Positions 46,799 through 56,976 of a DNA stretch of 64,000 nt are shown piece after piece; position 1 is the first letter of the stretch, and each line of letters begins with the position of its first letter. The position numbers and the translations under genes were made by a program. Source of the stretch: Vampirovibrionaceae bacterium NZW_1234 (GTDB lineage: Bacteria > Cyanobacteriota > Vampirovibrionia > Vampirovibrionales > JAGQHJ01). The DNA is taken from the NCBI GenBank assembly GCA_041697335.1, contig JBGUGD010000030.1, positions 1-64,000 of the forward strand, given 5' to 3'. The notes beneath the pieces are model-generated. The model saw nothing but the letters and a program-made list of their open reading frames with translations, made no database searches and had not been told where the DNA came from.

Positions 46799-48074
46799 GT
46801 AGGGCGAGTTCAGTTTGGTTACCAAAGTAGGGCTGTAACACCTCGGGGATTCTAACGGTGTTTTCGGCAACTTGATAATTTTCTAAAATTGCAGCCAGCG
46901 TCCGACCGACCGCCAGACCCGACCCGTTGAGGGTATGGAGGAACGTGGGGCGTCCGGTGTCTTTGGCACGAAACTTGAGGTTGGCCCGTCGGGCCTGGAA
47001 ATCCAGGAAGTTGCTGCAGCTGGAAATTTCCCGATACACCCCTTGGGCTGGCATCCAGACTTCCAGGTCAAAACAGCGGGCGGCACTAAAGCCCAAATCC
47101 GCAGAACAAAGCTCGATGACCCGGTAAGGAATCTTTAATCCCTGAAGCACAGCTTCAGCGTCTTCAACCAGACTCATATGCTCCTGGGCGCTGGTCTCCG
47201 GGTGAACCAATTTGACTAACTCCACCTTATTAAACTGGTGCTGACGAATCAGTCCACGGGTATCTTTCCCCGCACTGCCTGCTTCTCGACGAAAGCATGG
47301 GGTATAGGCTGTCATATAGATGGGGAGTTGCTCTTCGTCCAAAATTTCATCGCTGTAGAGGTTCGTGACCGGGACCTCGGCGGTTGGCACCAGAAACAGG
47401 GGATCGTCCTTGCATTGAAACATGTCTTGCTCGAACTTCGGCAGCTGGCCGGTGCCGAACATAGCGCTGGGGTTTACCAAAAAGGGAGGAATGACTTCGG
47501 TATAGCCTTTTTGGGTGTGTAATTCCAACATGTAATTGATGAGGGCTCGTTCCAGGCGGGCTCCTTGCCCTACAATGACAGAAAACCGAGATTGTGCCAC
47601 TTTGACGCCGCGCTCAAAGTCCAAAATTCCAAGCTTGGTCCCAACATCCCAGTGATCGGTAACACCGGACCACGGCCGGTCTTTGTATTCATCTCCCCAG
47701 GTCCGGACCACCACGTTGTCCTCTTCGCTGGTACCGGTGGGCGTGTGTTCCGAGGGCATGTTGGGGATAAAGTGAAGCAGTTCCTTTTGCCGAGCCTCAA
47801 TGGTTTCTTTTTCGGTCTCGATGGCTTTGATACGATCGCCAATTAGGCGGGTTTTTTCCTGAAGCTCGTCCGCATTTTGGCCGGTGCGCTTGAGTTCACC
47901 GACTTGCTTGCTTAAGGCATTGCGCTGACTGCGGAGTTCTTCTTCTTCATGCAAGAGTTGGCGCCATTGTTCATCCAGAGCGACAACGTCGTCCACAGAA
48001 AGATCAGGGTTGCGACGTTTCAGGGCTGCATTGACGGCAGCAGCATCGTTACGGATTAAACGAATATCCAACAT
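46782..48074 (-). CDS. serS: Serine--tRNA ligase
   Basis: MLDIRLIR, coiled-coil arm, [53 protein letters not shown] at 48125-48130. Confidence 0.97.
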   Translation of the reverse strand: MLDIRLIRNDAAAVNAALKRRNPDLSVDDVVALDEQWRQLLHEEEELRSQRNALSKQVGELKRTGQNADELQEKTRLIGDRIKAIETEKETIEARQKELLHFIPNMPSEHTPTGTSEEDNVVVRTWGDEYKDRPWSGVTDHWDVGTKLGILDFERGVKVAQSRFSVIVGQGARLERALINYMLELHTQKGYTEVIPPFLVNPSAMFGTGQLPKFEQDMFQCKDDPLFLVPTAEVPVTNLYSDEILDEEQLPIYMTAYTPCFRREAGSAGKDTRGLIRQHQFNKVELVKLVHPETSAQEHMSLVEDAEAVLQGLKIPYRVIELCSADLGFSAARCFDLEVWMPAQGVYREISSCSNFLDFQARRANLKFRAKDTGRPTFLHTLNGSGLAVGRTLAAILENYQVAENTVRIPEVLQPYFGNQTELALHECIV

Positions 48075-48207
48075 GGCGGCTTTTAGGAACTCCCTACATC
48101 AATCGTCACCGGTGACTGTTTTCTATTATACGGAAATTTGCCCGCCTCGCCTACACTCCCTGCATGACCTATAGAAATGTGAAGGGCTCCTGCTGCCTTT
48201 CGCTTTC

Positions 48208-49530
48208 CTAGGGGGTGGTGTCTACCCCAATCAACCGATTCATTTCCTCTTGGGCTTTGGTCATGGCGTCCTCTGGGCTCAGCCGACCCAGGAGAGCACT
48301 TTGAACATAAAAATCCATCAGTTGGTTCAACCGGTTTTGCATAGGGTGAATCTGTAGCGGGGTGCGTGCTTTGAGAAGTTGTTGCGCACTGATGCGCCGA
48401 GCTTTGGCCATCAGATCCGGTTGTGGGGGGTTCTGAAATTCGGGCGAGTTGAGTGCGGCAATATGGGGTGGCAGGACTGGGGCCAATTGCGACAGTTCTA
48501 AGGTGTTTTGGGCGTTGGTTACGAACAGGGCAAAGTCGACAGCTTCTTTGGGGTGAGCTGTGCGTTTGGGAATGACGAAGAGCATTTCGGAATAGTCCGT
48601 ATAGTGACTCTTTTCCGGAAATTGCGGGGCTACGTCGGTTACAGCATAAATTTGAGGGGCGTTTTCTTTGACGATCTTCAGGAAATTGGGCCCCGTTAAC
48701 AGCAACCCCAAGGTGCCTGACTGGTAGCGGTCTACAGCGCTTTGTTGCTCGGCAGTCACCGACTCGCTTGGAACAGCGCCTTGGCGATACAGGTTGACCC
48801 AGAAGGAGAGTACCTTGTCCGCACCCTTATCGGCAAAAACCAACCGACCATCCGAACCCCAGAGGGGGATATCGCTTTTCAGCAAGGTCCGAAAAAAACG
48901 CCCGCCTTCCGTTAACGATGGCATTATGGCATAGGCCCCCGTTTTTTGGTGAAACGGGTGTGCCATATGGCCCAATGCATCTATGGTTTGAGGGGGCGTG
49001 GTCAGGCCAGCTTGGTGCAAGAGGGTTCGGTTGTAGAGGGTAACCGCCGAGGAAATGTACCAGGGGATGCCAAAGGTTTTCTCATGCAAAGTGGCTGTTT
49101 GCCAGGCGATAGGCAAGTAAGAGGCTTTTGCCTTTGCCGGGACCCATTGATTCATATCCAGTAAGGCGTCACGACTGGCCAGTACTGCTGAAAAATCCGG
49201 GTTGAGGTTGATGATGTCCGGAGTGGTATTACTCAGCATGCTGGTCAGTGCTTTTTTTTCTCCTTCGGAAAAAGGCACGTCGACCCAATGAATCTTGACG
49301 TTGGGGTGTTGATCTTCGTATTCCCGAATAAGCCCTTGGATGTAATCGGCAAAGGGCAGCATCTGAAGGGTCCAGAACTCTAAGGTGATGGTTCGGGTGG
49401 TTTTGTGTTGGCTGTTCTGAGGGCCCTGGGCCGGATGGCAACCGAACAACGGCATGATGACAATGGCTATCAGCATGACAAGACTCGTTACTACTGCTCG
49501 CCACACGAGGCTGAAGGGAGGGTGTGTCAT
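48208..49530 (-). CDS. Sugar ABC transporter substrate-binding lipoprotein
   Basis: Lipobox LFG-C; LEFWT, PNVKIHW, PDI, GIPWY, LYNRTL, EAVDF. Confidence 0.88.
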   Translation of the reverse strand: MTHPPFSLVWRAVVTSLVMLIAIVIMPLFGCHPAQGPQNSQHKTTRTITLEFWTLQMLPFADYIQGLIREYEDQHPNVKIHWVDVPFSEGEKKALTSMLSNTTPDIINLNPDFSAVLASRDALLDMNQWVPAKAKASYLPIAWQTATLHEKTFGIPWYISSAVTLYNRTLLHQAGLTTPPQTIDALGHMAHPFHQKTGAYAIMPSLTEGGRFFRTLLKSDIPLWGSDGRLVFADKGADKVLSFWVNLYRQGAVPSESVTAEQQSAVDRYQSGTLGLLLTGPNFLKIVKENAPQIYAVTDVAPQFPEKSHYTDYSEMLFVIPKRTAHPKEAVDFALFVTNAQNTLELSQLAPVLPPHIAALNSPEFQNPPQPDLMAKARRISAQQLLKARTPLQIHPMQNRLNQLMDFYVQSALLGRLSPEDAMTKAQEEMNRLIGVDTTP

Positions 49531-49534
49531 CGCC

Positions 49535-49762
49535 CTAGCAAATCTCAAACTCTTTAAACACGCGCATGATGATAAAGCCATTGGCCGACAGATCCAGCAT
49601 CACCTTGTCCAGGTTGTCGCCTTGGAGGTAAATGCCTTTGGTAGCGCCGGTTTTATAGCCCAGTTCCTCCGGAATCGGCATGACATGGTGGGCAATCTGA
49701 CGCTGGGTCAGGTATTCGGAGGCGTTATCCGTGGTGGGATCGGAAGGCATTACGAGAAACAT
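49535..49762 (-). CDS. Small hypothetical protein (DUF3343-like)
   Basis: 75 aa overlapping the tatD stop; ...L....I...VMPIP.ELG pattern. Confidence 0.6.
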   Translation of the reverse strand: MFLVMPSDPTTDNASEYLTQRQIAHHVMPIPEELGYKTGATKGIYLQGDNLDKVMLDLSANGFIIMRVFKEFEIC

Positions 49763-50526
49763 GGCTGAAAGACCTTTCGTGCATTTTCGCCGGTAACCTC
49801 AATGACTTCTTCGACGGAGAGTCCCTTTAATTCTGCAATTTTTTCTGCCACCAGTCGAACGCGCGCCGGTTCGTTGGGTTTGCCTCGAAACGGGACGGGG
49901 CTCAAAAAGGGAGAGTCTGTTTCGGTTAAAATCCATTCCAGCGGGGTTTCTTTGGCGGCTTCATGGAGATTATGCGCATTTTTGAAGGTCACATTGCCAG
50001 CAAAACTGATGTAAAACCCTTTTCGGATCATCGCCTGAGCAAAGGCGGCGTCTCCTGAAAAGCAGTGCATCACGCCGCGAACGCCGGGAAATTCATCGAT
50101 TAAACGGGCAATATCCTCATGAGCCTCCCGGTCGTGAACCAGCACCGGTAAATCGTATTCGCGACCCAAGGACAGAAACGTTCGGAAGAACTGGTGCTGT
50201 AAATCCACATGAGTTTTGTCCCAATAATAGTCCAGACCCGTTTCGCCAATGGCAATCACCTTGGGGTGTGTCACCATGGCGCGAATCTGCTCAACCCAGT
50301 CACTCTCGGCGACATCCTGAACATCGGTGGGATGTACGGCGGCGGCGGCAAAAACGTGGGGATAGCGCTCGGCCAACGCGAGCACATCGGCAAACTTATC
50401 CGGCGTCACACTGGGATTGACCACCCAAGAAACACCCACTTCATGGGCGTTTGCCATCACCATGTCCATGTCATGGCCTTCTCGCGCAAGATAATCCAGG
50501 TGTGCATGGGTATCGACGAGGGTCAT
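49750..50526 (-). CDS. tatD: TatD family deoxyribonuclease
   Basis: DTHAH, VHP, IGETGLDY, HDREA, HCFSG, ETDSPFL. Confidence 0.95.
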   Translation of the reverse strand: MTLVDTHAHLDYLAREGHDMDMVMANAHEVGVSWVVNPSVTPDKFADVLALAERYPHVFAAAAVHPTDVQDVAESDWVEQIRAMVTHPKVIAIGETGLDYYWDKTHVDLQHQFFRTFLSLGREYDLPVLVHDREAHEDIARLIDEFPGVRGVMHCFSGDAAFAQAMIRKGFYISFAGNVTFKNAHNLHEAAKETPLEWILTETDSPFLSPVPFRGKPNEPARVRLVAEKIAELKGLSVEEVIEVTGENARKVFQPCFS

Positions 50527-50538
50527 GGGCTACGCCTC

Positions 50539-52092
50539 CTATTTCTTTTTGCCAGCACCCACGATTTCGCTTTCCAGGCGAGGTAAGATGGGGCTGCCCA
50601 ACCGGGTATTCTGGCCAACGGGAAGAGGCATGCCAAAGACCCAGCGAAAATCCGCCTTATTCAAGCTCCCCTGGCATCCCAGCTGATCCCAGATCCGTTG
50701 GCTGAGGGTGGGGGTGACCGGGGAAAGCAGCAGCGCTGCCTGGCGTAAGGCTTCTAAGACGCTGTACAAGACATTGGCCAGTTCCTGGAGCTTGCCTTCT
50801 TTGAAGAGGGTCCAGGGTTCGGCATCGTTGATGAGTTTGTTCGCCTTGTCCACCAGCCCCATGGTCAATTGTAAGGCCTCCGGGAACTGGTAAGTGTCAT
50901 AATGGGAGCGAATTTGGGATAAGGTCTCGTTATCCAAGAGGCTGACCATTTCTTTGTCAAACTGGGGAATCTGGCCCTCACAATATTTGTTCAGCATGTT
51001 TAGGGTGCGGTTCAGCAAATTTCCCAGGTTATTGGCCAGATCGGCGTTGATGCGGTTCTTAAAGTCCTCGTCGGTATAGCTGCCATCTTGGCCAAAGCCG
51101 GTACTGGCCATCATGTAATAGCGGATGGGATCCACTGTATCCAATTCAAAGCGTTGGGCCAGGTCCTGAGGGGAAATGACATTGCCGATGCTTTTGCTGA
51201 TCTTGGTCTCTGAAACCGTGATAAAGCCATGGACCAAGAGCGACTTGGGAAGTTCAATGCCAGCTGCCATCAACATGGCGGGCCAATAGATCGCATGAAA
51301 GCGCAGGATGTCTTTCCCGATCACATGAACGTCTGCCGGCCAAAACTGGGTGAAACGGGTTTCGTCCTGGGTGTAGCCGATACCGGTCAGGTAATTGCTC
51401 AAGGCATCGATCCATACATAGATCACCTGCCCTGGATCATTGGGGACCGGAATACCCCATGTTACAGAGTGGGTGGCTCGTGAGACGCTGATGTCTTCCA
51501 ATTCATCCAGCTGATTTAAAACCTCGTTTCGCCGGAAGGTCGGCAAGATCCACTCTGGATTTTTCTCCAGCAAGTCTTTAATGGCGTCTTTATACTTACT
51601 GAGACGGAAGAAATAGTTTTCCTCTTCCACAGGATCGGGCGGGGTCTGGTGGTTGGGACACAGGCCATCAGGAGTCAAATCTCGGGGCGAGGTGAAGGTC
51701 TCACAGCCGGAACAGTACAACCCGGTGTAGGTGGCTTTATAAATATCGCCTTGGGACAAAAGTTTGTTCCAGAGGGCTTCCACCACAGCATAGTGATCTT
51801 TTTCCGTGGTGCGAATGAAGCGATTATAGTCGATGTCAAGATACGCCCAGGTTTCTTTGAACTGTTCGGCCACGCTATCCACATAGGCTTGTGGCGTCAT
51901 GTTATGTTTCACCGCGGTTTTTTGGACCTTAATCCCGTGTTCATCGGTTCCGGTCAGGAAAAACACGTCTTTACCCACAAGCCGTTGAAAGCGGGCAATC
52001 ACATCGGCGCCAATGACTTCGTAGGCATGGCCGATATGTGGAGCGGCGTTGGCGTAATAAATGGCCGTGGTGACATAAAACTTGCGGCTCAT
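50539..52092 (-). CDS. metG: Methionine--tRNA ligase (short form, no C-terminal tRNA-binding domain)
   Basis: HIGH, GTDEHG, CSGC/CPNH knuckle, YVWIDAL, GKDILRFH, KISKS, LANNLGNL. Confidence 0.97.
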   Translation of the reverse strand: MSRKFYVTTAIYYANAAPHIGHAYEVIGADVIARFQRLVGKDVFFLTGTDEHGIKVQKTAVKHNMTPQAYVDSVAEQFKETWAYLDIDYNRFIRTTEKDHYAVVEALWNKLLSQGDIYKATYTGLYCSGCETFTSPRDLTPDGLCPNHQTPPDPVEEENYFFRLSKYKDAIKDLLEKNPEWILPTFRRNEVLNQLDELEDISVSRATHSVTWGIPVPNDPGQVIYVWIDALSNYLTGIGYTQDETRFTQFWPADVHVIGKDILRFHAIYWPAMLMAAGIELPKSLLVHGFITVSETKISKSIGNVISPQDLAQRFELDTVDPIRYYMMASTGFGQDGSYTDEDFKNRINADLANNLGNLLNRTLNMLNKYCEGQIPQFDKEMVSLLDNETLSQIRSHYDTYQFPEALQLTMGLVDKANKLINDAEPWTLFKEGKLQELANVLYSVLEALRQAALLLSPVTPTLSQRIWDQLGCQGSLNKADFRWVFGMPLPVGQNTRLGSPILPRLESEIVGAGKKK

Positions 52093-53450
52093 GCAATCCC
52101 TTCCTGAAGTATGGGCACGTTTTCAGTCAGAGGTTGCACCGGGTTCACCACCTGTCCTCGCGTGCCTAATGATGTGACGGATGTTACCTGGACGGTAACC
52201 AGACTGTTTTGGGGAAGTCCGGTTTGATCCAACTGAATGGAAACCAGCTGTTCGCTCATGCCGCGATCCCCGCGTTCCTCGACAACCACCTGCACCGTTT
52301 TGTTCAACAGGTGTTGACGATAGTGTAAGTTCTTTTGCTCGGATAATGCAATAAGCCGACGGGTTCGCTCTTTTTTGACTTCTTCGGGAACCTGATCCGG
52401 AAAGTCCGCCGCCGGGGTGTCAGGGCGTTTGGAATAAGTAAAGGTGTGAAAATAGCTTAACGGGAGTTGTTCTAACGTACGATAGGTTGACTCAAAGCGT
52501 TCATCCGTTTCTTCAGGGAAGCCGGTAATGATGTCAGCCCCGATGGCACAGTGGGGAATGGCGCTTTGGATAGCCTCACAGACAGAAACCAAATCCGCCA
52601 CCCGATGTCGGCGTGCCATTCGTTTTAGGACATGATCTTCGGCACTTTGCATCGAAAGATGCAAATATGGACAAATTTTCGGGCTTTCAGCCATTAGCTT
52701 CAGCAATTCAGGGGTGACCTCCGCCGGATCCAGAGACGAGAGCCTCAGGCGAAAGGCTCCGGGAACTTGAACCAGTTCGGCCAACAGTCCTGCCAAGTCG
52801 GCATGGGTCTCAGGGTCCTCGTATTGGCCAATGTTAATGCCGGTTAAGACAATTTCCTGGTGCCCATGTGCAACCAATTGCCCCAGCTGATCTTTTAACT
52901 CGCCAATGCCGAGGCTTCGGCTGGGGCCGCGAGCAACCCAGATGATGCAATAAGTGCACTTAAAGTCACAGCCGTCTTGGATCTTCAAGCTGGCTCGGGT
53001 CCGATTAATGGCAGAAACTGAAGCACCGGCCATGACGCGGCTCTTATCCATCTCGGAGACCAAAATCAGGGGGTCGCCCTGGGCTGGCATTTCTCGGATG
53101 ATACGGTAAATGTCTTGTTTGAAGTTATTGCCGATCACATAGTTCACGCCGTCAATGGCGGCCACATCCTGGGGTGCCACTTGGGCATAGCAGCCGGTGA
53201 CAGCAATGCGAGCGTCCGGGTTCTGACGCTTGGCTTTGCGGATCATCCGCCGAGACTCGCTATCGCCTCCCGTGGTGACAGTACAGGTGTTGATGATATA
53301 CAACGATGCTTCATCTTGAAATGAGCGTATAGACCAGCCATGGTGACGAAATTCATCAGCCAGGGCCGATGATTCCAGTTGGTTGGTCTTGCATCCGAGG
53401 GTATAAAAGGCCACGGAGCGCGTATGGGCATGTTCTTGAAGTGTCGACAT
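52089..53450 (-). CDS. mtaB: tRNA t6A methylthiotransferase (radical SAM)
   Basis: TLGCKTN, INTCTVT, TGCYAQ, KIQDGCDFKCTYC, RLRLSS, DIITGFPEE, TRAM-like tail. Confidence 0.92.
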   Translation of the reverse strand: MSTLQEHAHTRSVAFYTLGCKTNQLESSALADEFRHHGWSIRSFQDEASLYIINTCTVTTGGDSESRRMIRKAKRQNPDARIAVTGCYAQVAPQDVAAIDGVNYVIGNNFKQDIYRIIREMPAQGDPLILVSEMDKSRVMAGASVSAINRTRASLKIQDGCDFKCTYCIIWVARGPSRSLGIGELKDQLGQLVAHGHQEIVLTGINIGQYEDPETHADLAGLLAELVQVPGAFRLRLSSLDPAEVTPELLKLMAESPKICPYLHLSMQSAEDHVLKRMARRHRVADLVSVCEAIQSAIPHCAIGADIITGFPEETDERFESTYRTLEQLPLSYFHTFTYSKRPDTPAADFPDQVPEEVKKERTRRLIALSEQKNLHYRQHLLNKTVQVVVEERGDRGMSEQLVSIQLDQTGLPQNSLVTVQVTSVTSLGTRGQVVNPVQPLTENVPILQEGIA

Positions 53451-53543
53451 AACACAGTTTTACAGTGTTTGCCTTGTCGGATCAAGTCTCTATGGCATGC
53501 CTTGGGGATCCCTTGAGGCAATGGGTGCGGCCGTTTTAGCAGG

Positions 53544-54245
53544 CTAGGAAAGTGTGGCCTTGGCCTTTAGCTTGGACGTCTTCTTAGGCTTGACACCCAC
53601 CTTTTGACAATAGGCTTCCACCGGGCATCTGTCACATTGAGGGTTAATGGGCTTGCAGCATTCCTGGCCATGACGCACCAGAACCCGGTTTACAATATTC
53701 CAGTACGCTTCATCCAGGCGATCTCGAAGGGCCCATTCCGTGTCCTCCGGGGTTTTGGTGGCCACATAGCCCAGGCGGTTGCCAATGCGATGGACATGAA
53801 CATCCACACAAATTGCCGGTTTGTTAAAGCCCAGGCCGACAACCAGATTGGCTGTTTTGCGTCCCACACCTTTGAATTGCAGAAGCGTATCAATGTCATC
53901 GGGGACGTTGCCGTCAAATTCGTCCAGCAGACGCTGGGAGATCTCGAGAATGTTCACGGCCTTGGTCTTGTAGAACCCCACCGGGTAAATCAGTTTTTCG
54001 ATCTCAGCCACAGAGAGTTTGACCATCTTTTCGGGGGTATCCACCTGTTGGAAAAGCTTTTCAGCCAAGGGAATGGTCATATCGTCCCGGGTTCGCAGGC
54101 TCATAATACAAGCAATGAGGACTTTATACGGATCACATTGGGTGACTTCCGACATGGGGTGATGTCGATAGGTGTCGGCCAAAATGGTGATGACGGTCCC
54201 AATGTCAAATGGGTAGTCGGGTTGCTTTTGGACGGGCTTCTTCAA
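53544..54245 (-). CDS. nth: Endonuclease III
   Basis: HhH LLQFKGVGRKTA, VDVHVHR, Fe-S motif CKPINPQCDRCPVEAYC; TTG start with AAGGAG. Confidence 0.94.
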   Translation of the reverse strand: MKKPVQKQPDYPFDIGTVITILADTYRHHPMSEVTQCDPYKVLIACIMSLRTRDDMTIPLAEKLFQQVDTPEKMVKLSVAEIEKLIYPVGFYKTKAVNILEISQRLLDEFDGNVPDDIDTLLQFKGVGRKTANLVVGLGFNKPAICVDVHVHRIGNRLGYVATKTPEDTEWALRDRLDEAYWNIVNRVLVRHGQECCKPINPQCDRCPVEAYCQKVGVKPKKTSKLKAKATLS

Positions 54246-54305
54246 GATTCAGGCTCCTTGGACGATACACACACTATAGCGTAGGGGCATTAGGTCGGCA
54301 ATGTA

Positions 54306-55511
54306 ATGTCTGCACCCGATGACATATTTAAGCAAGGGGTGAAAGCCTATCAGTCTGGTGATTATCAGTCTGCGGCCCAGTTGTTTCAGACGGTAATTGA
54401 TGAGGAACCCCAATCGCCTGAAGCGTGGCTGAACCTGGGAAATGCCCATTTCAAGCTTCAGACATTTGCCAAAGCAAAAACGTGTTTCTTAAAAGTCCTT
54501 GACCTGGATCCGCTGGAAGAAAAGGCGTATCTGAATTTGGGCAATGTCTTTTATGCCATGGGGCTGTATCGTCAAGCTGTCTACCATTGGGAAGTCTATC
54601 TGACCATGCGCCCTCGCCATTCGGATGCGTGGCTTAATCTTGCCTTGGCCTATGAAGCCCAGGACAAAATGCATGATGCCGTTGCGGCGTATGTCAAATA
54701 TCTTCGCTATGTCGATAAGAAGAGTGCCAAAGACCTGCACCTGGAGCGACATATTCAGGAGGCCCCAGAGCTTGCGGATCCCCATGTTGCCCATGCGGAA
54801 AAAATGATGGGTCAGGGAAACCTCAAAGCCGCTCAAGCTGCGTTTCAGCAAGTAACGAGTATTGCCCCTATGCCACCGAAGTTTTGCAAGCATTACGCAT
54901 CGGTGCTTTACCAGCTCCAGGCGTATACGGAGGCAGCCCACTGGTATGAAGAGGCTTTGCGGTTTCAGGCCAAAGATGTGGGTGCGCTGATTAACCTTGG
55001 GGTTATCTATGATAAGCTATCTGACCCCTTACAATCCTTGTGGGCTTTTTCCCAAGCCTTGGGGTTGGACCCTGCCGCTGGAAAGGGTAAGGTTAAGCAA
55101 CGCTATGATGCCATTTTTTCTCAAGTGGGCCCTGGACTTTGGGACACCGTTCGGGCACGATGCCAGGCGTGTATGGCGGAGCAGGATTATGGGCAAGCGG
55201 AATTGCTTTTGGAGCGCTATATGAGTGTGGAGCGTCGCATAACCGAGGGGGTTCAGGCGGAAGTCGAGATATTGCGAAGCCAACTGAAAACCCGAAAGGA
55301 TCCAAAACGGCATTTGGCTGATCAAGCCTATGCAGCGGCTGAAGTATGCTATGAACAGGGGCAGTATGAAAAGGCGTTGGCTTGGTATGATCGCTTTATG
55401 GCGCTGATGCCCACCGATGAAAAAGCCTATGATGTGCGCAAGCGGATTCGCCAGATAAACCAGGTGCTTTCTGCTGTCAATCAGGCCCCGCTTGAGGCAG
55501 AATCCGCTTAA
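54306..55511 (+). CDS. Tetratricopeptide repeat protein
   Basis: Repeated AWLNLG/AYLNLG/AWLNLA/ALINLG 34-aa units. Confidence 0.9.
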   Translation: MSAPDDIFKQGVKAYQSGDYQSAAQLFQTVIDEEPQSPEAWLNLGNAHFKLQTFAKAKTCFLKVLDLDPLEEKAYLNLGNVFYAMGLYRQAVYHWEVYLTMRPRHSDAWLNLALAYEAQDKMHDAVAAYVKYLRYVDKKSAKDLHLERHIQEAPELADPHVAHAEKMMGQGNLKAAQAAFQQVTSIAPMPPKFCKHYASVLYQLQAYTEAAHWYEEALRFQAKDVGALINLGVIYDKLSDPLQSLWAFSQALGLDPAAGKGKVKQRYDAIFSQVGPGLWDTVRARCQACMAEQDYGQAELLLERYMSVERRITEGVQAEVEILRSQLKTRKDPKRHLADQAYAAAEVCYEQGQYEKALAWYDRFMALMPTDEKAYDVRKRIRQINQVLSAVNQAPLEAESA

Positions 55512-56191
55512 AGTGGTGTGTTGTTCCCGGTAAAGGTGGCAGGATAGACGGGAATCTCAATCACTTCTTTGGCTTGGTTTTCAAGCGTTACCACGGCTTT
55601 TAGGGCAATGGGAAATTGATTTTTGAGTTGACTGAGATACGTTCCAAAGGCAATGGGGCTTGAGGTAAACCGATAGCGTTCATTTTTGGCCAGCATGGGG
55701 ATTGACCCGCGTTGGACTTGAAAGCAAACCCATTTGGCTGTGTGGCGAATATGTTCCTCGTCGACCAGAAAACTCTCCGATTCTCGAGAAACCTGACCGA
55801 GAAGGGCCATTAATTCGATACGAATAGGGGTTTCCCGGGAGGGATCGATGCCTTTGTTTTTGATAGTCGTTTGGACTTGAAACATCAAGGGCGCAGCTTG
55901 GCTTTTGTCGATCCAGGCATCGAGCTCAATATCGGTACCTTTGACGCTGTTATAAGCCGCTTCGTAAGCTTGACGCTCTTCATTGGGGTGTAAGTGGCCG
56001 CTGTTTTTGTTGCGTAAGACCTGTAGGGTCTCCAAATAAAAGGGGTGAGCTTCTGGACGATAGGTAAAGGTCGTTTCCTGGAGGGACAGGCTGGCATGCG
56101 TAGCCGGATGGATGCTAACCAAGACTAGAAGGCCAGTCATCGTGAGAAGACGGTAGACACGGCGTGCTAAAAAGCATGTAAATCCAACCAT
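55508..56191 (-). CDS. Hypothetical exported protein
   Basis: Signal-peptide-like N-terminus (RR..hydrophobic..THA-S); overlaps the nuclease stop. Confidence 0.65.
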   Translation of the reverse strand: MVGFTCFLARRVYRLLTMTGLLVLVSIHPATHASLSLQETTFTYRPEAHPFYLETLQVLRNKNSGHLHPNEERQAYEAAYNSVKGTDIELDAWIDKSQAAPLMFQVQTTIKNKGIDPSRETPIRIELMALLGQVSRESESFLVDEEHIRHTAKWVCFQVQRGSIPMLAKNERYRFTSSPIAFGTYLSQLKNQFPIALKAVVTLENQAKEVIEIPVYPATFTGNNTPL

Positions 56192-56976
56192 GGTGAGGTT
56201 ACCTCATCTTCCAGCCCCGAATCCAAGGTGGGGGTGATGGGGAGTGTATCGACCTCGGGGATAAAATCTTCACTGTCATCCAGGCCATTCATTTGTGCCA
56301 TGTGACTTTCGATGCCGCAGATACGCCGATAGGGGCAATGACTGTCCAGGCAGCTTGGTGGTAACGAATACGTCTCTTGCTGGGTTATGCGTAGAATACT
56401 GTCCATAACCCGGGTTCGGGTGGCTTGATGACGGGTATCGTTGTAGGGGATCTGGATGGCTTTGACCTGGTTTTGATTCACTTGAACATAGGTAAACACA
56501 AAGGATTCAGGGGGGAGGGCCGTCAGGCCGAATTCATGACGACTTTCATAAAGTGCATAGAGATACAAGACGGTTTGCCAGTCTTCGTCGGCGGGAAACG
56601 GGATACTGGTACCCGTTTTCCAGTCTAAAATATGAATTTTATCCTGGACTTGAACGATGCGATCAATGCGGCCATAAAACCAGCGTCCATCCAAAGCCAA
56701 GGAGAAACCCCATTCACTGGCAATAACCGGGTATTGTGACCACTTGCTTGCCGCTAATACCCGCCAAGCAGCCACAATGTCGCTGTCGGCTTCGGCTGCG
56801 ATGGGAGCGACCGGCAGCTGTCGGGCAGTATAGTCCAGCAGTTGGTGGACACCTTTGCCCAATCGGAAATTTTTGGGGTTGGCTGGCCAAGCCAGCTTCA
56901 AAATGTAATCATAGGCGTATTTTTTTTGGCATTTTTCCCAGGTTTTAAGCTGGTTAACGGAAAAGCTATCCGGCAT
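56167..56976 (-). CDS. PD-(D/E)XK (RecB-family) nuclease with four-Cys Fe-S staple
   Basis: SVNQLKTWEKC, GKGVH, SEW, GRIDRI, ILDWKTG, QTVLY, CLDSHCPYRRIC; ATG 56976 with GGAGG. Confidence 0.92.
   Translation of the reverse strand: MPDSFSVNQLKTWEKCQKKYAYDYILKLAWPANPKNFRLGKGVHQLLDYTARQLPVAPIAAEADSDIVAAWRVLAASKWSQYPVIASEWGFSLALDGRWFYGRIDRIVQVQDKIHILDWKTGTSIPFPADEDWQTVLYLYALYESRHEFGLTALPPESFVFTYVQVNQNQVKAIQIPYNDTRHQATRTRVMDSILRITQQETYSLPPSCLDSHCPYRRICGIESHMAQMNGLDDSEDFIPEVDTLPITPTLDSGLEDEVTSPWLDLHAF

Noticed and set aside
48075..48207. T-box riboswitch before serS
   Set aside because: Gap is only ~130 bp, a TATAAT lies ~50 bp from the ATG, and no T-box motif is seen.
56167..56976. Cas4 call for the Fe-S nuclease
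   Set aside because: No cas1/cas2 or array; coupling to a UvrD helicase fits a RecB/AddB-type repair nuclease.
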